Assembly: GCA_002269645.1 (NCBI GenBank)
Contig: NIVC01002657.1
Location: 62,001-126,000 of the forward strand
Length of the DNA stretch: 64,000 nucleotides
Direction of reading: 5' to 3'
From: Macrostomum lignano
Taxonomy: Eukaryota
In this document: positions 63,836-64,000 of the stretch, one piece after another
Layout of the letters: every line of letters begins with the position of its first letter
How positions within the stretch are numbered: position 1 is the stretch's first letter
The notes under the pieces: generated by a model
Seen by the model: only the letters and a program-made list of their open reading frames with translations
Told to the model about the DNA's origin: nothing
Database searches by the model: none
Program-made: the position numbers and the translations under genes

Positions 63836-64000
63836 CAATGACTCAATGCAACAAAGAGCCAAGTAACGCATATTTATGAATATTAAAATTTTTACAATAC
63901 ACAACGAGCGACAAAACGACAAATCTCTCACACTATTTAACATTAATAACATTGGCAGTCTTGAGCGAAGCGGGCAAACTATCCCAATTTTTAGTTGGAT

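Overview
Repeat-rich eukaryotic (invertebrate metazoan-like) genomic window with spliceosomal introns; no prokaryotic features or CRISPR arrays. Host genes are confined to the right quarter: an unannotated 5-exon type-I membrane protein gene (45473-48364, +), RMI2 (49470-49904, -) and a 5-exon EXD2 (51840-62609, -) whose introns 2-4 consist almost entirely of minisatellites. The left 45 kb is a mosaic of mobile elements. These include a complete hAT transposon with an 8-bp TSD (7475-10949), a Crypton-type tyrosine recombinase fragment, four LTR or solo-LTR remnants (three with tRNA-Leu primer sites), a LINE 3' end, an 8-exon hAT-like transposase, several MITEs and many tandem repeats. The most unusual block is about 19.6-27.6 kb. 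There a Gypsy/Ginger1-type integrase with no RT or RNase H lies directly upstream of a Polinton/Maverick-type protein-primed DNA polymerase B (VSR-like insertion, group-2 type). The polymerase gene is split by four GTAAGT...AG introns, three of them inside polymerase motifs A, B and C, and is followed by two small orphan ORFs. All TE genes carry stops or frameshifts, some possibly assembly errors. Protein assignments come from motif recognition by eye; no database searches were run.
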